Under the pieces are notes generated by a model. It saw only the letters and a program-made list of their open reading frames with translations. It did no database searches and was not told the origin of the DNA. Made by a program: the position numbers and the translations under genes. A stretch of 64,000 nt of DNA from the human T2T-CHM13v2.0 reference genome, Homo sapiens, in NCBI RefSeq assembly GCF_009914755.1, contig NC_060928.1. The stretch is one strand, 5' to 3'. Positions 41,341 to 55,506 of the stretch are shown here, in pieces (positions within the stretch are counted from its first letter, which is position 1; each line of letters starts with the position of its first letter).

Positions 41341-41411
41341 GATTTAAAAAAATTCCAGTTTCTTCTTTAGTGACTTTGGTAATATAACACCTGTCAGAAA
41401 AGGAACTGACC

Positions 41412-41670
41412 ATTCATTCATCCGTCATTCATTCAACATTTATTTATCAGGTGACTACCATGGGTCAGACACTGTGACAGAGACAGCAGTGAAAATACAG
41501 TCCTTGCCTCTTAGAGATTATATTCTTTTGTAGAATGCAAACACTGAGTAATTAATTACAGTTATAGTAACTGTTTGAAAAGGAGAAATGTAGGAAACTA
41601 AGAGAGTGCATAAAAGACAGAACTTTACTGAATCTGAGCATTCAAGATTTTCCTGCTAAGGCCTAAATAA
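41412..41670 (-). mobile_element. L2 3' fragment
   Basis: cattcattcaacatttattt ... ctaccatg.gtcagacactgtg ... gtccttgcc. Confidence 0.55.
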
Positions 41671-43601
41671 TAACTGAGATTATGTGTTTTGACAAATGCT
41701 GACGTAGGGACAGATTCTAAGTGTTACCACATAAACCTAAATGTGACCCAAAAATATCAACTGTCAGGGTATTAAAACTAATATATTGTGATATAATGAA
41801 AATTTATCCATGTGTTAGGGGAAAATTTTTTTTTTTTTTTTAGTTTTCATTATTGACTTAGTTTACCTAGAGCCCAGTGTTCCAGTTAACATCTAGAAGT
41901 AGAAATGTCACTTTGGAAATTTGGGGTAACTAGATCTATAATTGCCGCAAGAATCCCATAGTCTCTTTCTGTTTGTTCCTTTCTCTTAATTTCAGATAAC
42001 GTACATGCATGCTTTAAGAATTTTATTTATAAAGAATTTTCAAAAAAATGTTTTTAAAAACTGGTAAAGGAAAAGATATCTCTGACTTCTTTCCATTCAT
42101 GAGTACTCAATCTGTTTTGAAGAAATTAAAAACATACAGATGTGTGTGTCTGTATCCTACATCGCAAAAGCTGTTTGGAGATAAGCGTCATGTTGCCCTG
42201 TGTTTGATAACTAAGGAGGTCAGCACGTCTCATTTTCATGATTGAGTTGGGCCTAAAGGTGCAAAGAATCTTACTCTGAGGCCCCCCCATTGTGCATCTT
42301 CCCATTGTACAGTCTATACAGTGACTCGAAGAACAAGTATGTTTTTTTAGCTAGATCCACCTCTGTATAATACTAAGATATTTTCTGAGAAAAGATTTCA
42401 TGTTATTAATGATAAGAACTTCCAGTCCTTCTGTTACCTGTTACATTTTATCGTGGTGACTTATCCGGGAGGGAATTAATGCTCCTCTTCTGGTGGCTGT
42501 CCATCAGCCAGCCTGGCATGACATTGGCTGGCTCTGTCCTGGGATTGTCTTATCACCCTAATACTTTAGCCACTGCCTGATCCTTTCTGTTTTCTCCTCC
42601 ACTGGGGAACCCATTCTCTTTATGACTTTCAGTAAGCCTCCACCTGCCCCTGAAGGAGAGGAAACCTGTCACATATTATCCTGCATTTCCCAGAAAGACA
42701 GAAGGATATCCAAAGCTACCTAGAAGATTACTGCATATAATTTGTAGAATATGGGGCTCTTGGTTTTGAGAGAAAATTGTACAGGTGGTTTTGCAGATTT
42801 CAGATTTTTGCTTATTTTTTCATGTATCTCCTTTTAATTATTTCTAATATCAAAGTCAATTTCATTAAACTTAGCTGTTTTTGAATACCTTTTCTAAATA
42901 CTGAATTCACAAAGATGAGTAAGAAGTAATATTTATCACAGTGATCTCACACTCTTATATGACAAGATATAATTTGAAATTTGTATACCATAGTACAATT
43001 TATTTTTAAAATACTGTTAATAAGTATAGACTCTCAAAGCAGCCAGATTTGTGTTTGTATCTCACCTTTGTCACTTAATAACTATGTAATCTTGAACAGG
43101 GTAGTTAACCTTCGTAAACCTGAATTTCTTCCTCAATATAAACAAGTTTCAAAATAGTACAGCTATGGGGAAAATTGAATAATGTGCCTGGCAAAATGTA
43201 AGTGCTCAGTTAATTTTAGCTCTTCTTCTTCTTCTTTGTAACAACCTAGTAAATTAAGTACTATTATCCACACTTTTTTAAAAGAAAAATCTTAGGCCCA
43301 GAAAATCAGTGACTTGTCCAGTCAGCAAGTCCTTTAAAAGGAACCATAATCTAGGTCTCCTTATTTTAAGTCCAGAACTTTTCCCACTATATCACAGAGC
43401 ATTGTTTCTCCTAAGGTTTAAGAATTTATAGATAGAACATGAACTGAAGAATAAATAACAATGAAAGACAAAATGAGAAATGAATTCCATTTTGAATTCT
43501 TATTTTCTTATGTCAGATTATGTCACGAGGAAGGTCTCAGCAGATGTTAGCCATCTCTGACACTTGCCTTTAACATCTCTTTTACAAATAAAGAGTAATT
43601 T

Positions 43602-43968
<367 letters not shown>

Positions 43969-44809
43969 TTAGAAATAAATGTATTAAAATTTTAAGTCAA
44001 TCACTTAAAAAAGAAGTATATAAATGTAAAATACTGACTTACAAAATAATACTATAGAAGGTTCACTATTATAAAGGTGATCGGCACATTTTTACCAATA
44101 CAGGAATCACTGCTGAGGGAACTGAAAATGCTGTGGGGCTTTTCCACTGGGTTTCCCAATTTTATTCCAGATCCTTAATCTTTTTGTTAACTACATTTCT
44201 AGTTTTAACAAGCTAATTGCATGATATGGTTAGTAAGCCTATATGAGTTACATAGAATTTGTTTATAAAACCTAACTATATTGTTTCAGTCATTTCAAAT
44301 AATCATAAATTTTACATTTTCCATTTTTAGAGTAATGATATTTTTAGATGCCTTTTTTTACTTCTTCAAATACATTCTTCATGATCTTGGAAAAGAGTCA
44401 CATAAAGAGAAGCATTGCATGTTTAAAATAAGAAAGTGGGCCATTTATTTTTAGGAAAGGAGACTGAGACCACCAAATACAGAAGCAGGCTGGCAGTGTG
44501 GGCAAGTCTCCCAGGGATCAGAGACTGCAGCTTCCTCTGTGTTTTGCTTTGAAATATATTTCCACAAATGCTCCATAAATATTCATTAATAATGGTTAAG
44601 TTAGGAGTAACTAAGGAAAACTGCTCTCCGAGTGATCCCAGATGAAGAGGGAGCAAATGGAACGCAGGCTTCATAAGAACGTTTTTCTCCTCTGCCTGAG
44701 GAGTAAGATGAGACACTCATGGGAGACTGATGTCCTCTGTCCAAATAACCCTTACCTACAAGGTGCTGCAGGCACCCAGAGGCCGTAGTGGGTTCCACAG
44801 CCCTCTGCT

Positions 44810-44869
44810 TCTCACAGCCAGCTGAACTTGATAAGGCAGTCTCACAGCCAGCCGAACTTGATAAGGCAG
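44810..44869. repeat. 30-bp tandem duplication (1 mismatch)
   Basis: tctcacagccagc(t/c)gaacttgataaggcag present twice. Confidence 0.92.
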
Positions 44870-45267
44870 ATACCCACTTCATCTTAGTTGACTGAGTGAT
44901 AAACAACAAATCACATGAGCTGCTCGTGCCTACATTACTGAAGGATCATTGATTCTGTTTCAAGTTTCCTCTTGACATACACGTGCACCTGTGCAAACAC
45001 ACACACGTATACACACACTCACGAATCAGTGTCTGTCTCAAATGTAACGCCTTGGAGAACTGGACTATTACATAGGAGCTGTTTTTCGGATTTTGCCATG
45101 TTTTAATATACTGACATTCTTCTAAGGATCTCCATATTTCAATAGTTGGATCTTTCAGTAATGGTGATTACAATGCCTTAAAATTTCAAAGAATTGTAAT
45201 TTTCAGTTTGTATATTTTACCATTTTTTAAAAAGCCAAAACAAGTGAAGAAATAATTTTATGCTTAA

Positions 45268-45619
<352 letters not shown>

Positions 45620-48600
45620 TATGTGTGCAATTCTTAAAGCTGTTATGGGAGAAAGGAACCCAAATGAAAATTGAGTGAGTACTGCAAGCCTTTGAATAAT
45701 GAGATAGATCTATTGGATTTCAATGGCAAAGCTGCAGGTAACTCACTAATGAATCATCTATTACATACATTTCACAATAACAGCAAATTCAATATTTTGG
45801 GAAGCAGGGAATAACCCACAAATCATGTAAATGATTTCATTCTGTATTTTGAATGTTATTGAAATAAGTCCTCTTACCATACTCTTCAATATTGACAAGT
45901 ATTATCTCAAAAATTCTCTAGCTTATAGGTAATGGCTGACCCCTTTGGGCAGCTGATCGTGACGGTTAACACTTTGTTCTTTCCATTACATTGGAGGATG
46001 AGTCCTTCTTTTATTCAGAGAACAGACCCTTTAAGCAAGAGAAAACTAATGAAACATCAGGAAAACAGTCTGTTTTAGAAATTCTAACTTAATTCTCTCT
46101 GTGACAGAAGCAACAGCTTGATTTTCGTTTTGTCAGCTTCAGCATTGGCTGTCAAAGGCAGCTCTGGAATTAGCATTTCCTGAGCCGCATCCATAGGTGT
46201 CTTACTCTGCATCCACGTAGTTCAGAAAGAAAAAATGCAAGGAAACTTTCAAGTAGAATTGTTTAATGTTATCATTTATAAAAGAATATGAGTCAAATAT
46301 CCTGGCAGAAACAAACCTTCAAAGCTAAATCACTGTGTGTTCCCATCAAGGCATTTTGATAGCCAATATGATTCTTTTTTCCCATTAATTGCATTATGCC
46401 AAGAAAGGATGGAAAGGAAAAACAGCATAGAAATATAAAATATTGGCAGCCATTCTGTATCTCCCTCCAAACCTGTTCGTTCATAAAGCCTATACTTTTA
46501 GAATGTTATCATGTAATACAAAGAGGAACTTCCTATATCAAATGTTAGTTCTTTTGAATATAAATATCCTACAGTTGACAGAATAATTTTATTTTCCTTA
46601 ATGACAACTAGAGTGCATATTAATATGAAAGCTTTCAAAAGAAATATTGATTTAAAATAACAATATTTGGGTCAGCATGCTATAGAGTGTTGAAATAATA
46701 TTAGCCTTAAAAGTTAATAACAAATAATAATGAATTAGAATGCCAAAATATTGCCCAACACATTCTGTCAACACGTATATGAACACAGCAGGAAATCCAA
46801 AACAAAAGCTAATTTATAGAGAACTCTGTGTTCCTAATGACAGTTTAGACCAGTAGGGGTCCAAGTTACAAACTGCAGTCTTCACATGCGATACTTTCAT
46901 TTTACATTGAAAGCTTGGTTGCACTCTGGATACATGTAGCCAATCAAATGATTGCCCTATATTTAAGAGTATTTTTCTTATTTTTTTCTGTGAAATCTGA
47001 TTATTAGCACATGAAATACACATGTGCATCGTGTATATTTATGTATTCATGAAATTGATACATAAAATGAAACAATTCTGCATTCAAAGCCCAAGATATC
47101 CAAGGAATCGTATGTATAACATGATAGTTTGACTCTATGCAATGTAGTTTTAAAAATTAAAATCAAGAACAACATCGGTATTCTAATGTGTTGACATCTT
47201 ATTGATGCCAGATATTTTTCCCTGTGCTCAATAATTTAGCCTAAATATTTGTATTTTAAAATATATTAACATCATAGAATATAAATCTGGAAGAGACCTT
47301 AGAGGTCATCTAGTGCAAACCCTTCAGATTTTCTTTGTAAATGAGAGAGCCAAGCCTCAGAAAGATCCAGTAACTTGCCAAAGTTCCACAATTATTTAAA
47401 GCCAGAATTCAGACAGGGACTCCAGTCTCTTTTAATACAAACAAAAGGCCCCACAAGATGCAATAGACAATCTGTGTTGAAAACAATGTACTTACCTATG
47501 TAATGTCAGACTCTGATTTTATTTTCTGCAACTTAATATGTTCCTAATGAATCTTTCTCAGAAAGATTCCTTTTGGAAGTGTACCACAGTGAATGTGAAG
47601 TGAATTGCAAGAAAGGGAAACTCTACATCCTTGCTTGCTTTGATGAAGTTTTGAGGTTTGGGAGACTAAACAAAATGGAATGGCAGGCATTTTCAGCATG
47701 GTATTTTTAAAGTCAGTTTTTCTTATCAGACTCTCTTTCCCATATTACCTCATCCTCTTTGTCTTTGTGAGAATGTTCACTTGATCTTGTAATATTAAAC
47801 AGCGTTTAGCCAACCCTGGCAGGCCCTCCCAGCACGCTACTCTGTGTTGCCAAAACCTTAGAGCACACTCCTCAGGGTTCTGGTGGCACACACCACCTTC
47901 AGGTGACTGATGGCTGGGTGCTCGGGTCTGTGTTCCCTTCACAACATCCCCTGTAATTTGCTCCAAGGTTCTGGCAATTGCTGGACTATGTCACCAGCTG
48001 TCATCACCCTTCCTTGCCATCCATTTTTGGCAGGATCTGGGGACTCAAGCATGCCAGTAGAAATAATAGTAGCTGTGGTAACAACTTCAGTGGCATGGTC
48101 CCCAGAGACGAGATCAAAATTTGGCACCTTTTTCTCTCAACATGGAGCTAAAAATGGCACTGAATTTGTTACTTGGTGGTATATAATTTTCTTTAATTAC
48201 ACATTTTTGGTTTCAAGTGTTCCACATGCTGGCTTTTAAGTGTGACACCAACATATACGGGTTAAAAACAATGGCATGCCCCCTTTTTATTTTATGGGGA
48301 GGAGGTGAAATAACTATAATACCATGGATTCCGTTCGTCTCCAGCCTTGGAAAATAAAAGGAATGCATGCTGTAATTTCTCTCACTTTAATGGTCTTTGT
48401 GTGTGAAAAAAAATTCCTTCATAAAATTTTACTGATAAATCTTTATTAACATATTGTCTCAAAATTATTTCAATTAATAAGGTTTTTTCTTAATTATTGG
48501 AAAAATCTACAGAAACATACTAAGAGTTTGCAGAATAATTTTTTAATTACATAAGAAAGATTTAATTTTTAACATCTGAAAATGGTTACAGTTCATGAAT

Positions 48601-48822
48601 ACCACAAGACAACCTAAAAAGATGCAGTCTAGAGTAGCCTATTTGGCTGTTAGTAACAGAGGTTTTGACCACGATCAATGACTTCATATCCATGTTAGTC
48701 ACTCCTGAGTTGATATTACTATAATTTTTTTTTCTCATTGACTTGGGTGATAGTATAAAAAGTATACTCATTAATTTTATAGATGACAAATGTCAGATGT
48801 TACAACTTATTTTAAAGGGATC

Positions 48823-49040
48823 CCTGTGCTACTTCAAACTTTACTAAAGACAAAGCAAATGGTTTTTATCTTCATAATTGTTTTGTTTTCTGGGTTTCTT
48901 TTTTCTGTTCATGATATCAGTGACTTCACTGCCCAGGCTAAAGTGATATCATGAACAGAAAAGAGAAACCCAGAAAGCAAAACAATTATGAAGGTAAAGA
49001 CCATTTATTTTGTCTTTAGTAAAGTTTGAAGTACCACAGG
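48823..49040. repeat. Long inverted repeat: 97-bp arms (90/97 identical), 24-nt spacer
   Basis: Manual comparison of 48823-48919 with the reverse complement of 48944-49040 gives 7 mismatches and no indels. Confidence 0.95.
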
Positions 49041-49247
49041 ATTTCTAGGTAGGTCTAGTAGAAAAATGTAAAGTTTGAAGTATAGCCCAGTCAGGAAAGA
49101 ATTCAGTGTTAAGAGATACATATTTCAAAGTCATCCATCCACATGGAATTGGAAGTTGATATTATAAAAGTGGTTAACATGAAAGGAAGGTCAAGGAAGG
49201 ACTTTGGCAAATGTCTATATTTTGGGGAATACATGGAGGGAGGCATT

Positions 49248-50076
49248 GTATAAGTCAGGAGTAGGCAGGTTATGAAGTGGTAAAAACAACCCTAAAAACC
49301 TAAATGGCTGTATCAGTTTGTAATTGCAACTGGGCCCAACTTAGCTGGGTGCCTCTGCCTCACAGTCTGTAAGGTTAAGTTTACAGTCAAACTACAGACT
49401 GGGGCTGCTGTTTCATCTGAAGGCTCAGCTGGTGCTGCAGGATGTGCTTCCAAGCTCACACACAAGGTTTTTGGCAGACTTCAGTCTCTTACCACATGGG
49501 CCTCTTTATGAGGCTGCCTCATAATATGACAGCTGGTTTTCCCTATGGAAAGCAGTCCAAAAGAGAGAGAGAACAACCAAAAAAGAAGCTGAAGTCTTTC
49601 GTAACCTAAGCTCAAAAGAGACATTGCATTATTTCTGCCATATGCTTTCCATTGTAAGCAAGTCACTAAATCAAGCCTAAACTCAAGGGGAGTAGATGAT
49701 ACAAGGGCGTGAATACCAGAAGACAGGGCTTATCTGGGGCCATCTCAGAGGCTACCTACTACAGTGGCTTAACATGATGGTTTATTTTTGCTTAAGCTAC
49801 ATGTGCAGGGTGGTTCTTGTCAAGGGGTTTCTGCTCACTCAAGGCCCTAGACTTAACAGAAACAGTACTCAGCACATTTGCATGATTACTGCATGGGAAT
49901 GCAACACATTACATATTGGTTCTTAAATCTTCCTCACAGAGGTAAGACATACTACTTTTGCCCACATTTCTTTATCTGAAGCAAAGTTATAAGGCTTCAG
50001 AAGAGCAGGGAAGAGTAACTCCAATATATGTCCAGGAGAACTTAGTTATTTGTGAATAGCCTGTAAGACTTCCACA
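49248..50076 (-). mobile_element. Older MLT1 (J/K/L-like) LTR hosting the nested LTR
   Basis: tgtataagtcagga.taggc.aggttatg ... aacaaccc ... tggct|taaca ... ggtttattt ... gtgaatagc ... ccaca. Confidence 0.55.
49309..49763 (-). mobile_element. MaLR solo LTR (MLT1D/E-like) nested in an older MLT1 LTR
   Basis: TG...CA termini, 5-bp TSD atggc/gtggc, end ggggccatctcagaggctacctactaca, internal catctgaaggct and ccaagctcac. Confidence 0.72.
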
Positions 50077-50252
50077 AAATGATTTAAGGAGAACAACTGG
50101 GAACCAGCAGAGAACTGGGAAGAGAACCAGGAGAATTATGAAAGGAAAATAAAGTATTGATGATGTGTGGCTAATAATGCCCAGTACTCTTGAGATGTAA
50201 ACAGGATGAATATTGGCACGAGGCTACTGGATGTGGCAATTTAAGAGATACC

Positions 50253-50603
<351 letters not shown>

Positions 50604-51004
50604 TTAGTACAGTAATGAGGAACATCAGTTAAAGTGAGGAGAAAAGAAGTGTGTGCTGAGGAAGTATGTATTGTGGTCTCTTCTTTTGAGATACCTGGTA
50701 GTAAAGGGAAGGAGAGAAATTAAGCAAAAATTTGAAAGATATCAGAATTAAGAAACCCTTGAAAATCCTGATTCTGTAAGTAAGCATGACATTTATACCC
50801 CAAACATTGCTTTTTCATCTCTTCTAAACCATTTGTAAACATGCTTAAGTTGAAGGAGCAAACACAGAGACCTTCAGTGTACAGTCAGATACAGTAAGAT
50901 GCTGGTCACTTCATACCGTCTGGGTTAAGTTTCCGACTTTGTGTCACAGTCCCATTTCTTCATCTTAACAACAACGATTTTCTGCAGGGTGACAAGTTAT
51001 AATA

Positions 51005-51675
51005 GTTTTTGTTTTTAATTCTGGTAAGAAACACACAACATAAAATTTATCGTCTTACACATTTTTAAGTGTATAGCTCAGTAGGATTAGCATTGTTGTG
51101 CAACAGATTTACAAAATGTTTTTATAGTATGAAACTAAAATTCTGTACCTATCAAACAACAACTCTCCATTTCTCCATCCTCCCAAACCCTGGTCATCAC
51201 CATTCTACTTTAAGATTCTATGACTTTGACTACTTCAGATAGTCCATGCAAGTGGAATTATACGGTATTTGTATTTTTATAACTGACTGACTTCATTTAA
51301 CGTGAAGTCCTCAAGGTTTGCATGTCGCATTCTATAGCATGTGACAATATTTCCTTTTTAAGGCAGAATACTCTTCCATTGTGTGTATATACCACAGTTT
51401 CTTTATCCATTCATCCATTGATGGGCATTTGGGTTGCTTCCACCTCTTGACTATTGTGAATAGTGCTGGTAAGAACATGAGTGTGTAAGTATCTCTTCAA
51501 GACCTTAATTTCAGTTCTTTCGGGTATGTAGCCTGAAGTGGGATTGCTGGATCATATGGTATTTCTATATTTAATTTTTTTGTGGAATCACCATATTGTT
51601 TTCCCTAGTGTTTGCAACAAAATGTTGCAATCCTAGCCAACAGCACACAAGGGTTTCCATTTCTTTACATTTGTG
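51005..51675 (-). mobile_element. Old mammalian L1 (L1M) 3' fragment
   Basis: Antisense L1M hallmarks such as ccattgtgtgtatataccaca, ttatccattcatccattgatgggcatttgggttgcttccacc and gggattgctggatcatatggt. Boundaries approximate. Confidence 0.8.
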
Positions 51676-51946
51676 CCAAGACAAATCATAATGTTTTTAA
51701 ACAAAAATCAATTTGGGAGGGCCATGAGCTGACAGTCATCACCACAATACATGAATTTGTTTAATCGTATTGCTTTCCTCCTTAAAGTTTGCACTTCCTG
51801 AGATTTGCACTGAGGAAAGTCTTTCCTCACTCTTTCCTTTTCCTCCCACCTGGTGGAGTCATGTGCCCTTCTTCTGTACTGTCTTCACTCTGCATCTGCA
51901 TTTATTTGTTACCTCTTCGGGCTGGAGCACAGACCATCACAGTTGA

Positions 51947-52378
<432 letters not shown>

Positions 52379-52383
52379 TAAGT

Positions 52384-52900
52384 AATTTTTATTTAAGTAT
52401 AATATACATTTAGAAAAGTATATGGATCGCAATAAGTGAACACACCATTGGAACCACCTCCCAGATAGAATGTGAGCAGCACTCCAGAAACCTCTAGGGA
52501 CTATGCCAGCCACTACCTGTTCCTTCCTTCCTAGAGGTCATCACCATGGTGACTTTCATTCTTCTCAGTTGATTTTACCTGCCTTTGAACTTTATATACA
52601 TGAACTTATACAGTATTCCCTTTTTTGTGTGTGACTGCTTTCTTTTGCCCAACATTAGGCTTGTGAGATTCATCTATATTGTTGTGTCTGCCAGCAGTTC
52701 ATTCCCTAATGCTGCTGTGTAGAAGTCCATTGTATATCTGCACTATAATTTGTTTTTCCATTCTACTGCTGGCAGATGTCCAGTTTGGGGTTGTTTCCAG
52801 TTTGGGGCTATTACAAATAATGCTTCTGTGAATATTGTTGTTTATGCCTTTTGTTACTATGTGGATACATATTTCTATGGGGTATACAAACAGACTTTTG
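52384..52900 (-). mobile_element. Old L1M (L1MD/ME-like) 3' fragment
   Basis: Motifs ttgtgagattcatc and ggttgtttccagtttggggctattacaaataatgc. Boundaries approximate. Confidence 0.7.
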
Positions 52901-54674
52901 TAGATGCACTGGGGACTTCACCACCATTTCTGAGATTTTTAATATGAGAAAATACATCCCAATTCCAGACAACCAACTTAAAAATTGTCTTGCAAAATAC
53001 TCCCATTTATAGTTGGTAAAAATCTTGTATTTACTAGTTTTAACATTTGGACAACTTCTTATTATATTTACCTCATGGGGCAAATATAATCATTCTTTCT
53101 ACAAAAAAAGAAGATAATGGACTTCAAGGTTTTTTAAATTGTGAAAAACACACTGATAAATATATATCTCAGATAGGCAGTATTGCTGTCATCTACAAAT
53201 TTCATTCTGCCTTGGATAACATTTTGGATATGAATCCAGGCACTTTCACTATTATATTCACCTAGAAATACATGGAAGTGACATAAAACTAAGAAGCATA
53301 ATACTAGAAATAAAAATTTTTCATGATTAAATCTACATGATTATTTCTGTAACCTTAAAGTTCACAACTATAATGCTTACTTTTGTACTTTTGTAACTTT
53401 TAAGTTGTTGTTTTTTAAGAATCTTGGAGTTAAACAAAATAGCCTGTTCTTAATTTCATTACTATCATCATCATATTACTGTAAAACTTTAGTTTTAGAC
53501 AGAATAGTGGGAAAGTGCTGCGTAGAATGGTGCCCAGGACACACAGATGTCACCTAGTGATATCCTCGGCCCCAGCCCCCAAGTACTGCCCCAGCCTGCA
53601 GTGTCTTTGGATGTAGTAGAGAAGTGTTATCGTAGCCTGTGGCCCCCACACAAGCTGTGTTTCACTTCCTTCTCTATGGATTTTCACATCCCACTACCCT
53701 CTGGTAGAATACAGAGGTATGTGGTGATACATCTTTTGTCATCAGAAGGTCGGGGTTTGAGGTTAACATCCATTGCAAACTGCATGCAAACTCTCAAACA
53801 ACCTTAAACTCTCAACTAATCTCCACTTTCTTGGATTTAAAACGAAAAAAAATAAGTCATAATAACCATTCAACAGAACCTTTGTGAAGATTAGAGATAA
53901 TACCAATGAAGTACTAGTACAGTTCCTGACACACAGTGTTTGTTCAATGACTGGTTTGAAATGCATATTGCATCATGATGTTCTACCACCAGCACAAGGA
54001 CCATGTCTGTGGCCGGGGATGCCTGGTATCACTCCTGGCTTGTACGTCTTCACCTGAGACCCAGGGCAGTGAGGGACTCAGAAGAGCACAGCGCCCCCAG
54101 CTTCTTCTTGCCACTGTCTGCACACCCTACACTGGGACATGCCTAAACCAAGGATCCTTTGTGCCATCCATGAATAGTGGCAGCAAATGCTTTTCCATGA
54201 GTTCAGTTCTGCTTTCCAACTCAGGCATTGAAGAACTGGACTTACCCTTCTTTATTTTCAGATGTATTTTATTTGGCGAATTTTCCCTTTTTTTCTGCCA
54301 GATACCCCATTTAGTTTTATTACACCACTGCTCAGTAATTTCTGTAGCATTCTTGACTTTCATGAGTTTGCTGCCTGCCTCTCTCCTTTCTCTCCTTCTT
54401 CTCGTCTCTCTCTCTCCTCTCTCTAACTTTGGAGAGTCAGCCCCACTACCACCCTGCATTCGTATGAATATCTTAAATTATGCATAATGAGAGTCAAGGG
54501 CATCACTAAATACGAAACACCAACAATTTCAAAGTAGATAATATCCTAAGACCAAACAACTCATTGGTTTCTGTTTTCAATGCAGTATTAAAGAGATAAT
54601 ATTTCTGGATATGAGTCTCATTATATAGCATCTTCAGTAGAACCAGCATCTCACTTTATTGAGATTTTCTGTAA

Positions 54675-54675
<1 letters not shown>

Positions 54676-54712
<37 letters not shown>
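54676..54712. repeat. A-run plus (TA)n microsatellite
   Basis: Read directly from the sequence. Confidence 0.9.
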
Positions 54713-55187
54713 ACAAAGCTGTTGCCTATCTGGCAAAAAATAAAATAGCTCTCCCAACATAAACATTACATTACTTTCTAACATATGACATCTGCGCATG
54801 ATCCCATGGATTATGTCTACTCTTCAAAATCCATTAAAACCGATAATGTGAGCAAATCTATCAGGCAAGAAGACTTTTTATGTTAAAAGATCACAATGAT
54901 GACAAATTATTTTGTGTGGAAACTTTGACCCTCTTGGAATATTTATTGCTGCTATGCCAGAGTGTGTCTGTCAAACATTTTACTCTATGCAAAACTAAGC
55001 TCCCATTATTTTGTTCAAAACTCGTGAAGCATCTGAAACCCTGAAAAATGTATGATGTGATAAGTGTTTAGCAAGTCAAACACTATGCAATTTAATGCAG
55101 AATGACACATGAAGTTATACCTTTTTACATGATGACAACTTGTAAATTGAAGAATCCTACAACCTATATCTTAATCCGTGAAAATCA

Positions 55188-55506
<319 letters not shown>

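Noticed and set aside
53975-54487. 170-aa + strand ORF and overlapping 110-aa - strand ORF
   Set aside because: No recognisable domain. The composition is driven by a CT-rich tract, and there are no convincing splice or promoter signals.
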